Below are positions 9,135-19,900 of a stretch of 43,719 nucleotides of DNA, one piece after another. The notes beneath the pieces are model-generated. The model was not told the origin of the DNA. It ran no database searches and saw only the letters and a program-made list of their open reading frames with translations. The DNA lies in NCBI GenBank assembly GCA_043754515.1, contig JAYUUO010000098.1, forward strand, positions 1 to 43,719. The letters are read 5' to 3'. This DNA comes from Armatimonadota bacterium (GTDB lineage: Bacteria; Armatimonadota; Armatimonadia; Armatimonadales; Armatimonadaceae). Position 1 is the stretch's first letter, and each line of letters begins with the position of its first letter. The position numbers and the translations under genes are program-made.

Positions 9135-10079
9135 ATGAACACAAACAACACGGATCGAAAACAGGCGGGGCGTCGGCGGTTCCTAAAACGGTTCGGCATC
9201 GGGCTTGGTGTCTGCGCCGGGATATACACCGAGGCGCGGTACATCGAGCCGCGCGTGCTCGACGTGTCGCGCCACGTCGCCTACTTGCCCGAGTTACCCC
9301 TCGCGCTCGATGGCCTACTCGTCGCGCACCTATCTGACTTGCACCATGGGCCGATCACGCCGGTGGAGACTATCCGCGACGCCGTCACCGCCGTGGTGGA
9401 GGCAAGCCCCGGCGTCGTGATGCTGACTGGCGATTTCATCCACAACCACATTGAGCAGGCCGCCGATCTAGCGACAATACTCGGGCCACTACATGCCGTG
9501 CCGCTCGGACTATTTGCCTGTCTCGGGAACCACGACTACCGCGACAGAACAGGCGATCTGGTCGCGATGGCGTTACTCAAAAGCGGAATCGCGGTGTTAC
9601 GTAACGAAAGCCACGTCGCCACTTCCGGCCTGTCCGTAGTCGGCATTGAGGATACGACGCGGGGTCTGCCGGACCCGCTACGTGCGCTCGCGGGAGTTCC
9701 GGCAGACGCGGCGTGCGTGTTTCTGACACACAACCCGGTCGGGATTTGGGGTGCAACCCGGCGCAGTTGCCTCGCGCTGTCGGGACATACGCACGGCGGG
9801 CAGGTGCGTATCCCCGGCATGCCGATTCGCCGACCGGTCGGAATGGAAGGTTTTCCCCTGCTCGAAGGCTGGGGCGCGTTCGACCGGGCGCGGCTGTTCA
9901 TCAGTCGCGGCGTTGCCATGATGGGTATTCCGCTCCGGTTCCGGTGTCCCCCGGAAGTCGCGTTGATCACCCTGAAGCGCGGGAACGGGCAGTCCGGCAA
10001 GTCGCCGGACGCCGTCGGTCGCGCCGCCGTCGGCGTGAAGCAGTTCGGTAGGGACGTCATCCACCGCCGCTACTTCTAG
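9135..10079 (+). CDS. calcineurin-like metallophosphoesterase (YkuE-like) with twin-arginine-like leader
   Basis: SDLH, TGDF, GNHD, THNP, SGHTHGGQ; RRRFLK at N-terminus. Confidence 0.93.
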   Translation: MNTNNTDRKQAGRRRFLKRFGIGLGVCAGIYTEARYIEPRVLDVSRHVAYLPELPLALDGLLVAHLSDLHHGPITPVETIRDAVTAVVEASPGVVMLTGDFIHNHIEQAADLATILGPLHAVPLGLFACLGNHDYRDRTGDLVAMALLKSGIAVLRNESHVATSGLSVVGIEDTTRGLPDPLRALAGVPADAACVFLTHNPVGIWGATRRSCLALSGHTHGGQVRIPGMPIRRPVGMEGFPLLEGWGAFDRARLFISRGVAMMGIPLRFRCPPEVALITLKRGNGQSGKSPDAVGRAAVGVKQFGRDVIHRRYF

Positions 10080-10091
10080 ATTCGCGGGTCG

Positions 10092-10751
10092 CTAATCAAA
10101 CGGCAGGAGCGGCGGGGGTAGCACCGCGCCCGCCAGTAGGCACCGGGTGAAATACTCGTCGGTTCCGGCGAAGTCGGCGGGTGCTTCCGGCAGAGGAAAG
10201 AGTGCCGGAGAAACCCACACGGGCGGCGCGGCTATGTTCAGCGCGGCGGCGAGTCCTTTAAGCCGCTCCCCTTCCGCCAGAGTCGCAACATGGAGCGCGA
10301 CCGCGTACGGCACTAGAGGAAGTGATCCCGGTACCAGCACCTCCAGCGACGGGTATTTGCCCGCTCCGTACTCCGCCCAGGTACATTCCTTCTCCGCCGC
10401 ATCGGTTACCGGAATGAAGTCGTCCCGGTGCGCCCAGCGTTTCGTGTTGAAACGCAGGAGTGCCACGCTGGGCATCGCGAGAACAGCAACACGGTCGAAC
10501 GCGATCAGTACATGAGAGTAACCTTTCGTCCGCTTGTCGCGCAACAGGGGCGTGATAGGAACAGGGGAAAGGTGGACGAAATCCGCGAGTCCGAGCCGCG
10601 TCTTGCGCCGGATCGCCGACGGGCGAGGCAGGATCGGGTGTTTATCCCGACCGAGCCGCGCCGCCGAAAAAATCGCGCCCGTCTGGAGCAGGTATGGCAC
10701 GTAGAACAGCGGCGTGACGTGCCATAAACAGATAGTATCGGGTCCGCTCAC
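10092..10751 (-). CDS. DarT-like (DUF4433) ADP-ribosyltransferase family protein
   Basis: LWHVT, G.I.S, RR, DFV....P..PLL and LEVLV..LP parallel DarT YHIT, RR, DYV, PRSPML and AEFLV; GTG start overlaps the upstream TGA (GTGA). Confidence 0.7.
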   Translation of the reverse strand: MSGPDTICLWHVTPLFYVPYLLQTGAIFSAARLGRDKHPILPRPSAIRRKTRLGLADFVHLSPVPITPLLRDKRTKGYSHVLIAFDRVAVLAMPSVALLRFNTKRWAHRDDFIPVTDAAEKECTWAEYGAGKYPSLEVLVPGSLPLVPYAVALHVATLAEGERLKGLAAALNIAAPPVWVSPALFPLPEAPADFAGTDEYFTRCLLAGAVLPPPLLPFD

Positions 10752-11542
10752 GCCTTCGCCGCGTCGTCGCCTACAGTCTGCGCGCGCTCCAGCGGGGCGT
10801 CGAGCAGATCGTCCGGTTCGGGCACCCAAGAGGCAGGCGTGATCGCGTGGTACAGCGCGTGCGGGTGCCCGCCCCGGTACGCCCAGCCCTGGTCGCCGTA
10901 GCTGAAGTGCCAATATTCGCCGGGGTAGTTGGTGATGCCGACCGTCGCGAGCGTGTCCCGGACCAGGAGTCGGCGGGTTCGGGCGACGTCGGTCAGACCT
11001 GGCGCGGCGAACGGGAAGCCGCGCGGGTCTTCCGTTCCGTACGGCGCGGTAACATCCACGACGACCTTGCCCACGTCGGTCAGCACGAGATCGAACGCCG
11101 CGCCCGTGGTGTGCGGCGGCGGGACTTTCTTATCCGTCACGGGGGCCGTGTATCGGTTGACGATACGTCGCATCGTCGTGTCGCTCCACTCCGGGTGCTT
11201 CTCGCGCCACCATTCCCACGCCGCGCGATACATCCGCGTCTGTATATGAGGTGCTCGCCAACCCTCCACGATGGCGAAGCGGTACTCCGGCGGAAGACGC
11301 TCGCTCGCGTCGCGCAGTTTCTCGGCGACCGATTCGCGTAGCAGGGTTTCGTAGCGGTAGCGGAACCGCCCCGGCTCGCGCCGGAGATGGGGACCGATTG
11401 CGAGGTAGTCCATCAGCGGTTCACCGCATTCACGGATCGGGATGAGACGCAGGGCGGTCACCGGCTCCCAAATAGACGGGACACGTTTTGTAACCTTCCC
11501 GATGCCCGTGCCTTCGTTGCTAATTAGAGTCTCGTTTTCCAA
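10748..11542 (-). CDS. D-alanyl-D-alanine dipeptidase (peptidase M15D/VanX-like)
   Basis: EGWR, PPPHTTGAAFDL, EYWHFSYGD; exact start uncertain. Confidence 0.9.
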   Translation of the reverse strand: MENETLISNEGTGIGKVTKRVPSIWEPVTALRLIPIRECGEPLMDYLAIGPHLRREPGRFRYRYETLLRESVAEKLRDASERLPPEYRFAIVEGWRAPHIQTRMYRAAWEWWREKHPEWSDTTMRRIVNRYTAPVTDKKVPPPHTTGAAFDLVLTDVGKVVVDVTAPYGTEDPRGFPFAAPGLTDVARTRRLLVRDTLATVGITNYPGEYWHFSYGDQGWAYRGGHPHALYHAITPASWVPEPDDLLDAPLERAQTVGDDAAKA

Positions 11543-13031
11543 GCCGCAGACCTTTCGGGATCAGTAACCGATCCAGTAACTCGAAGCCGCCCTGCACCAA
11601 TAGCGCGAGTATGGCGGCGGGGATCGCGCCCTGTAGAATCGTCGCGTTGTCGTTGAGCGACAAACCGCTGACGATCGGCTCGCCAAGTCCGCCCGCGCCG
11701 ATGAGTGCCGCGATGGTCGCCGTGCCGACATTGATGATCGCGCTGGTTTTGATCCCCGCCAGGATCGAGCGCGACGCCATCGGGAGGTAGATGCGCGTCA
11801 GCCGCGCCCCCGGCTCCAGGCCCAGCGCGAACGCCGCCTCCCGCAAAGAGGGCGGAATATCGTGCAAGCCGGTAGCGGTGTTGCGCACGATCGGGAGCAG
11901 GCTATACAAAAACAGCGCGACGACGGCGGTGGTCGGGCCGATACCGAGCGACGGCACCAGGAACGCGAACAAGGCGAGCGACGGGATCGTCTGGATGACA
12001 CTGACCACGCCCAGGATGGTTTTCCCGACCGGGCCGGGAAGACTCGCGGCGATCCCGAGAGGCACGCCGACCGCGACCGCGAGCAACAACGAAATACCGA
12101 CCAGAAGCAGATGTTGACCCGTCCAGCGCAATATCTTCAAGGGCACGGACTCCGCGCCCCGCGCCGCCACCGCCCGCGCCCCGTCGCCGAAGTAGGGCGC
12201 GGCGGCTTGCGTGTAGTCCTTCGTCTTCTCCGCTTCGGCATTGAGGCGCGTCATCTTCGCTTCATTGATCGTGCCCTCGAGCTTGCGAAGCGATGTCAGA
12301 ACGGCGGGCGGCGCGTTTAGCCGATAGAGAAACACGGCGCGGTACTGCGGGAAGAAGTGTCGGTCGTCGTTCAGCACCACGAAGTCGTTGACCGCGATCC
12401 CGGCGTCGGTAGAGTAGGCGTCCGTGACGTCAATCTGCCCGGCGATCAGTGCCTTGTATGCGATGCCGTGTTCGATCCCGCGCGGCGTCACCGCTTCCAA
12501 ACCGTACGCCGCGCTGAGCGGCTTCCAGCCGTCCTTGCGCCCGATGAACTCGTTAGAAAGGCTGGCGCGCAGACTCCCGGCGATTTTCCGCAGGTCGCTA
12601 ATCGCGTGAACCCCGCGCTTTTCGGCGTCCGCGCGGCGCATTACGAGGGCGTACGTGTCATCGAACCCGAGGTCGCCGCCCATCCCGATCCCGAGCGGCT
12701 TGAGCGCGGCACGCATCTGCTCCGGCGTCTGCTTCCCCTTCGCCTTCAGTAACTCCTCGCCGATGGTGCCGGTGTACTCCGGGTAGAGCGTGATCGAGCC
12801 GCTCTTCAGGGCTTCCCATAGAATACCGGTCGCGCCAATTCCTTGCTTGTGTTCGGCTTTAATCCCGTCGTTCGCCAGATTTTCGCGCGCGATTTCGCCG
12901 AGCACGTACGACTCCGTAAACTTCTTGGAGCCGATGACAACGGGCGGCGCGGCGGACGAAATCACGGCGGTGAAGCACGAGACGGCGGCAACGCACAGTC
13001 CGCGAAGGAGAGAAGGCTGGAATAGCTTCAA
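11520..13031 (-). CDS. osmoprotectant/quaternary-amine ABC transporter, fused substrate-binding (N) and permease (C) protein
   Basis: Signal peptide, GSK.FTE, YPEYTGT, DAYSTD, FFPQY; QTIPSLAL, EAA..LG loop, IGAGGLG. Confidence 0.93.
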   Translation of the reverse strand: MKLFQPSLLRGLCVAAVSCFTAVISSAAPPVVIGSKKFTESYVLGEIARENLANDGIKAEHKQGIGATGILWEALKSGSITLYPEYTGTIGEELLKAKGKQTPEQMRAALKPLGIGMGGDLGFDDTYALVMRRADAEKRGVHAISDLRKIAGSLRASLSNEFIGRKDGWKPLSAAYGLEAVTPRGIEHGIAYKALIAGQIDVTDAYSTDAGIAVNDFVVLNDDRHFFPQYRAVFLYRLNAPPAVLTSLRKLEGTINEAKMTRLNAEAEKTKDYTQAAAPYFGDGARAVAARGAESVPLKILRWTGQHLLLVGISLLLAVAVGVPLGIAASLPGPVGKTILGVVSVIQTIPSLALFAFLVPSLGIGPTTAVVALFLYSLLPIVRNTATGLHDIPPSLREAAFALGLEPGARLTRIYLPMASRSILAGIKTSAIINVGTATIAALIGAGGLGEPIVSGLSLNDNATILQGAIPAAILALLVQGGFELLDRLLIPKGLRLGKRDSN

Positions 13032-13771
13032 AACGCGGCGAGACTCCGCTGGGCGTGAAGGAACTCGGTAATATATGGGGTCGCGGGGCGGACGCGCAGG
13101 TCGGCCAGTGTCCCCTGCTGCACCACGCGCCCGCTTTGCATCAGGACGATGCGGTCGGCGAGGTAAGCCGCCTCTCCGAGATCGTGAGTGACCAGAACCA
13201 CGGTCTGTTTGAGTTCGGCGCAGATGCGCTTCAGGTCAGTCTGAAGCGCGGCGCGTACCAGCGGGTCGAGCGCGCCGAGCGGTTCGTCGAGGAGCAGGAC
13301 CTCGGGCTTCAGCATCAGGGCGCGCATCAAGCCGACGCGTTGCCGCTGTCCACCCGATAACTGGTCTGGGTAGTGCTTCGTCGCGCCCGCCGGGAACCGG
13401 GTTAGTTCGCACAGTTCCGCGAAGCGTGCGCGGCCCTCCGACCGGGGCACTTTAAGATGGTCGGCGAGTACCAGCACGTTATTCTCGGCGGTCATGTGCG
13501 GAAATAAGCCGCCATCTTGGATCACGTAGCCCATACGGCGACGGAGCATCAAGCCGTTGTCCGCACCAACCACCGCGCCGTCGAAAAGCACCCGTCCACG
13601 CGTCGCCGGAACCGACCCAATGATAAGCCGCAGAATGGTGGTCTTGCCGCAACCGCTCGCGCCGAGGAGCGCGGTCACCTTCCCCGTCTCGAACGCCAGA
13701 TCGGTCGGGTGCAAGGCGGCGGTTGCCCCATAGTCCTTGGACGCGCCCCGCAGTTCGATCAGATCCGACAT
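13028..13771 (-). CDS. ABC transporter ATP-binding protein (OpuA/OsmV-like)
   Basis: GASGCGKT, LSGGQRQR, LLLDEP, VTHD; start MSDL with TATAAT 9 nt upstream. Confidence 0.95.
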   Translation of the reverse strand: MSDLIELRGASKDYGATAALHPTDLAFETGKVTALLGASGCGKTTILRLIIGSVPATRGRVLFDGAVVGADNGLMLRRRMGYVIQDGGLFPHMTAENNVLVLADHLKVPRSEGRARFAELCELTRFPAGATKHYPDQLSGGQRQRVGLMRALMLKPEVLLLDEPLGALDPLVRAALQTDLKRICAELKQTVVLVTHDLGEAAYLADRIVLMQSGRVVQQGTLADLRVRPATPYITEFLHAQRSLAAF

Positions 13772-13934
13772 GTTCCGCACATTATACCTGCTTTCGCCGC
13801 CTCCCCGAAAATAAGCCACTCATTTGAAGGATGTATGTACTAGATCACACTAACCGTTGTAGAACCCGTGTATCATAAAACACGGCATTCAGTATTTAGG
13901 CGTTAATCAATGGCGCGGTAGGACTTTATTCACA

Positions 13935-16900
13935 ATGACATCAACCGGACGGTGGGTAATTGGCGGCGCGTTAACGGCACTCACGGTGACGTTTGCCGTT
14001 GGTATGGCGCGCGTGCAGACGAGGAAACACCCCGGCGCGGGAGGAATAGCGATGGCGGCGACGGCGATAGCGGATGACGGTACCCCGGGACTGCGGTTCC
14101 GGCTCGGGGAGGGCAAGTCCTTGCTCGGTGACGCGGGCGAAGCGGTGCCACTTGGCGAGACGTCCCTCCTCTCCGACTCCGATGCCGACCGGGTGCTGAA
14201 CCGGCTGAAAGCGGTCGGGGTACAGCCGGGCGATACGAAGGACTTCGCCCTGCGCGAGGGTTCGCTCCCGCCCCCGCGTGCCGGGCAGACTATCGCGCTC
14301 GCGTTCCCCCCGCCTGCGACGGAGGGTAGGCCCCCCACCGTGGAGACAGGCGCGCTTCAGGTGCGCCGCGTACAGCCGGAAGGAGACGTGCCGCTCGCCG
14401 ACCGCGTTTCGGTGACATTCTCGCAACCCATGATCGCGGTCACCTCGCAGGAGGAAGCCGCGCAAACCGTTCCCGTTAAGCTAGAGCCGTCGGTTCCAGG
14501 CAAGTGGCGCTGGCTGGGGACGCAGACCCTGATCTTCGACGCTGGTTCCGGCAAGCGGCTCCCGATGGCGACGAGCTACAAGATCAACATCCCCGCCGGA
14601 ACGAAGTCGGCGAACGGTGGCATTCTCGCGGACGCCCGAACTGTGACGTTCCAGACGCCGACGGTTCGGCTCCTCGACCACTACCCGGACGGGAACCAGC
14701 CGCAAGGGCGCGAGCCGCTTATATGGCTCGCGTTCGACCAAAAAGTAGACCCCGATGCGGTACTTCAGACCATCAAAATGCGAGCGGGGACTAAAAAAGT
14801 GGCACTGCGCCGCGCGACCGACGCCGAAGTCGCGAAAGCAAAAGAGCTACACTGGCGCGGAAACACTCTCGCCGAACGGACTGTCGCGTGCAAGCCTGCC
14901 GAACCGCTCCCGACTGGCACTACCATAACGGTCGAGGTCGGACCGGGAACGCCTTCGGCGGAAGGCAACCGCAAGACGGACGCGGAGCAGAACTTTTCCT
15001 TCCAAACCTACGGGCCTCTCCAAATCACTAACACCTACGGCAACGGCAACCCGCCGGGCACGCCGTGGACGATCACCTTCAATAACGGACTCGACGAGGA
15101 AGCATTCGACCCGGCCACTGTGACCATCTCTCCCGCCATTCCTGGCGTCCAGATAACCGCGCAAAGCCAGTCGCTCAGCATCTACGGGGCGACGAAAGGG
15201 CAGACAACTTACACCGTCACGTTGCCCGCCAGCCTGAAGGACATGTTCGGGCAGACGCTCGGCAAGACGGAGAAGAAAACGTTCAAGGTAGGGCCAGCGA
15301 TGCCACAGGTCACCGGACCCGATCAGATGTTCTCCGTCTGCGACCCATCCGCTCCCCCCCGCGCCGTCTTTCGTAGCGTGAATACCCCATCAGTTCGGGT
15401 GCAAATGTACGCCGTCGGCGAGAACGATTGGGCAGGTTGGCTGAAGTATATCAGCCGGGGGCGTCCCGATAAGGGCACACCACCTGGTCGGCTGGTTTCC
15501 GAAACCACGGTCGCCTTGAAGACGGAGACAGACGCCTGGGGCGAAACAAGCGTCCCGCTCGGTGCCGCCCTCAAGAACGGCCATGGGAACGTGATCCTGC
15601 ACTGGGTATCCCCGGTACGCCGGAATAAGTACGAGGAACCGGACCAGGGGGTCATCTGGTTCCAGGCAACAAAGCTAGGATTGATGGCGCAACGCGACGC
15701 TACGGATTTGTACGCCTGGGTGACGGATCTCGCCACCGGGAGACCTGTGAGCGGCGCGGCGGTTGAGTTGATCGGCGGGTCGCAAAAAGGCACCACCGGT
15801 GCCGACGGCTTGATTAAGCTACCGCTCAGCGATACACCCGGAGCTAAACTAGTGGCTCGGCATGGCGACGCCACGGCGTTCCTGCCCGCCACCCAATGGG
15901 TGTACGATGGCAACCAGGGCTGGACGAGACGGGTGCAGAGCGACGCCACGCGCTGGTTTATTTTCGACGACCGAAAGTTGTACCGCCCTGGCGAGACGGC
16001 ACGCGTCAAGGGGTGGATCCGCGTGCAGAAGGCGGGTAAGAACGGCGACCTGGTGATCCCCTCGGAAATGACGAGCGTGGACTGGCACCTATACGACGCA
16101 CGCGGGAACGAAGTCCGGAAGGGTACCGCGCCTGTTAACGCGTGGGCTGGCTTCGACATCGCCCTCGAACTGCCGAAGACAATGAACCTCGGTCAAGCGC
16201 GTCTACAGGTCGCCGGCACCGAGCATTATATCAACGTGCAGGAGTTCCGCCGCCCCGAGTTCGAGGTGTCGGCGAAGAACGAAAGCGCGGGGCCGCACGT
16301 CGTCGCCGACCCGAAGGGCGCGGATCTATCCGTTACGGCGAAGTACTACGCGGGCGGACCGCTCCCGAACACGCCGGTCACCTGGAACGTTTCCGCGTCG
16401 CCAACCTCCTACACGCCGCCCGGACGCGGGGAGTTCACGTTCGGCAAATGGACGCCGTGGTGGGGCGCGATCTATAGAAGTGAAGAAGGCGATGGGATCT
16501 ACTCGCGCTCCAGCCGGTTCAGCCGCGTCGGCGACAATCCCCAGTCCAAGACCTATGCCGGGAAGACGGGCGGGGATGGGACGCACCATCTGCATCTCGA
16601 TTTCGACGCGGTTCACCCGGCGCAACCTTACACGGTCAGCGCGGAGGCGGTGCTTCAGGATGTGAACCGCCAGACCCGCGCCGCGTCCGCATCCCTGATC
16701 GTACACCCGTCGGATCGCTATGTGGGTTTACGGGGCAAGAACCTGTTCGTCGAGAAGGGGCAGAAACTCGCCATCGAGACCATCGTCTGCGACATTGACG
16801 GCAAAACAGACGCGGGGCGCGAGGTTCAGTTCCACGCGGCACGCAAGCAATGGGGTTATGTGAAGGGCCGCTGGCGCGAAAAGGAAGTGGACGTACAGGA

Positions 16901-19900
16901 CTGGACCACGAACTCCGGCAAGGACTCGGTCTCAACCGAATTCACGCCCGGCGAAGGCGGGCAGTGGACGGTGAAGGCGACGGTGCGCGACGACAAGGAG
17001 CGGGTAAACGAGTCGGAACTCACGCTCTGGGTGTCGGGCGGCGACATGGCGCGAAGCAAACAGCGCGGGTTAGGTCAGGAAGCGGCGACGCTGATCCCGA
17101 ACGCGAGGGAGTATAAAGCGGGCGAGACGGCAACGATACTGGTACAGTCGCCGTTCCCCAACGCCGAGGGACTCGCGACTATCGTGCATGACGGGATCGT
17201 GCATATCGAGCACTTCACCATGCGCGGCTCGACCTACTCGCTGAAGGTCCCTATCGCGGAAACGTTCCTCCCCAGGGTCGGCGTACAGGTCGAACTGGTC
17301 GGCGCGGCGGCGCGCACTGGCGATGACGGCAAGGCGATTCCGGGAATCGCGCCGCGCCCCGCGTTCGCGAGCGGGCACCTCGACCTGTCGGTGCCACCGA
17401 CCACAAGGCGATTAACGGTTACCGCCGTCCCTGCCGACGCCGCGCTGTCACCGGGCGGTAGCACTACGGTGACGGTGACAGTTAAAGATGCGAGCGGCAA
17501 GCCGGTCGCGGGTGCGGAAGCAGCGGTAGTGGTCGTGGACGAGTCGGTGCTGGCTCTCGCGGGCTGGAACCTGGGCGATCCGCTGGCGGCGTTCTACTCG
17601 GGGCGCGAGACTAGCGTCGAGACGACACACTTGCGGCAGTTCGTGGTGCTAGAAGACCCGGCTAAGGTGCAAGCACTTGCGTACGGGGCAGCGAGTGCCG
17701 GTGGGGCGCCGGGTGGTCTCATGAGTAAGTCTGCTAAGATGAAAAGTAGTGACTCGTCCCTCCAGATGGATATGGCAGCTCCCGTACCCGCCGCGCCGAT
17801 GATGGCTCGCGCCATAAGTGCCGAGGCAGTCGCTGGCTCTGCGGCCACTCTGGCGCAACAGCCCGACACGCCGATCGCGCTACGCACCAACTTCGACGCG
17901 CTTGCGGAGTTCGCGCCGTCGGTGAAAACCGACGCCGACGGCACTGCCCGCGTGCCGGTGAAGTTACCCGATAACCTGACGCGCTATCGGATCGTGGTGG
18001 TCGCGGTGGCGGGCGCGAAGCAGATCGGGCACGGCGAAGCCGCGCTGACCGCGCGGCTCCCGCTGATGGCCCGCCCGTCCGCGCCGCGCTTCCTTAACTT
18101 CGGCGACAAGTTCGAGTTACCGATCGTGCTACAAAACCAGACCGACGCCGCGATGACCGTAGATGTCGCGGTGCGCGGAACCAACCTCTCGTTCACCAAA
18201 ACGCGCGGACAGCGCGTTACGGTGAAGGCGAACGACCGGATCGAGGTGCGGTTCCCCGCCGAAGCGGTGCTACCCGGAACCGCGCGTTTCCAGGTCGCGG
18301 CGGTATCGGGTGACCGTGCCGACGCCGCCGAACTGTCACTACCGGTATGGACGCCCGCGACCACGGAAGCGTTCGCAACCTACGGAGTGATTGACAAGGG
18401 GGCGATTGTGCAGCCGGTGCGCGCGCCCGGCGAGGTAGTACCGCAGTTCGGCGGGCTGGAAGTGACGACCAGTTCGACCGCGCTTCAGGAACTCACGGAC
18501 GCCATGATCTACCTGCAAAACTACCCGTACGGTTGCGCGGAGCAGATCGCATCGCGCGTACTGGCGACCGCCGCGCTGAAGGATGTCCTAGCGGCATTCA
18601 AAACGGAGGAGATGCCAAAGCCCGAGGCGATGGCGGCGGCGATGGGCCGCGACCTAGCCCGCCTCGCCGAGATGCAGAATGACGACGGCGGATTCGGGTT
18701 CTGGACACGCTACACGAAGCAGTACCCTTACCTCGGCGTTCACGTCGCGCACGCGCTGGTTCGGGCGAAGCAGAAAGGCTTCGCGGTGCCGGACCAGTTA
18801 TATAATCGCTCGATGGACTACCTCAAGAACATCGAAAGCAAGTTCGACAACGATTACCATCCGGCGACACGCCGCATGATCACTGCCTACGCCCTGTATG
18901 TGCGGCACCTGGCGGGCGACACTGATACTGCTAGGGCGCGGAAACTGCTCAAGGAGGACACGCTCGACGGTCTCGGCCCCGAGACGGTCGGGTGGCTCCT
19001 GAACATCCTCGCGGGTGACCCGGTGATGGCACCGGCGCGGACGTGGCTGAACAACAAGGCGACGGAAACAGCGGGCGCGGCGCACTTCACGTTCTCCTAC
19101 CGGGACGATGCCTATCTCGTGCTCGCCTCCGACCGGCGCGCGGACGCCATCGTGCTCGACGCGCTGATCGCGGATCAGCCGAAGAACGATCTGATCCCCA
19201 AACTCGTGCGCGGCTTGCTCGACGGGCGCAAGCGCGGTTCGTGGTCGGGGACGCAGGAGAACACATTCGTTCTGCTCGCGCTGGACCGCTACTTCCGCAC
19301 CTACGAGGGGGTCACGCCCGACTTCGCGGCGCGGCTCTGGCTGGGAGACAAGTTCGCGGGCGAGGGCAAGTTCCAGGGCCGTAGCACAAACCGGGTCGAG
19401 TCGCAAATCCCGATGGCGTACCTCGCGAAGACGTCCGGCACGCAGAACCTGACGATTGACAAGGTCGGCGTGGGACGACTCTATTACCGCGTCGGGATGC
19501 GCTACGCCCCGAAGAGCCTCGACCTGAAGCCCGCTGATTACGGATTCACGGTGAAGCGGGTTTACGAGGCGATTGACAAGCCCGCCGATGTCCGCCATGA
19601 GGCGGACGGCTCGTGGGTGATTCACGCGGGCGCGAAGGTGCGGGTGCGCCTTTCGATGATCGCGACAACGCGCCGTTACCACGTCGCACTGACCGATCCG
19701 CTCCCCGCGGGGTTTGAGGCGGTCAACTCCGAACTGCAAGGGACGGAGAGTACCGCGCGGGACACCCAGGGGACAGGTGACGGCACTAAGTACATTTACA
19801 ACTGGTGGTGGGGTCACTGGTGGGAACACGAGAACCTGCGCGATGAGCGGGTCGAAGCGTTCACGGCCTACCTCTGGGAGGGCGCATACGAGTACGTCTA

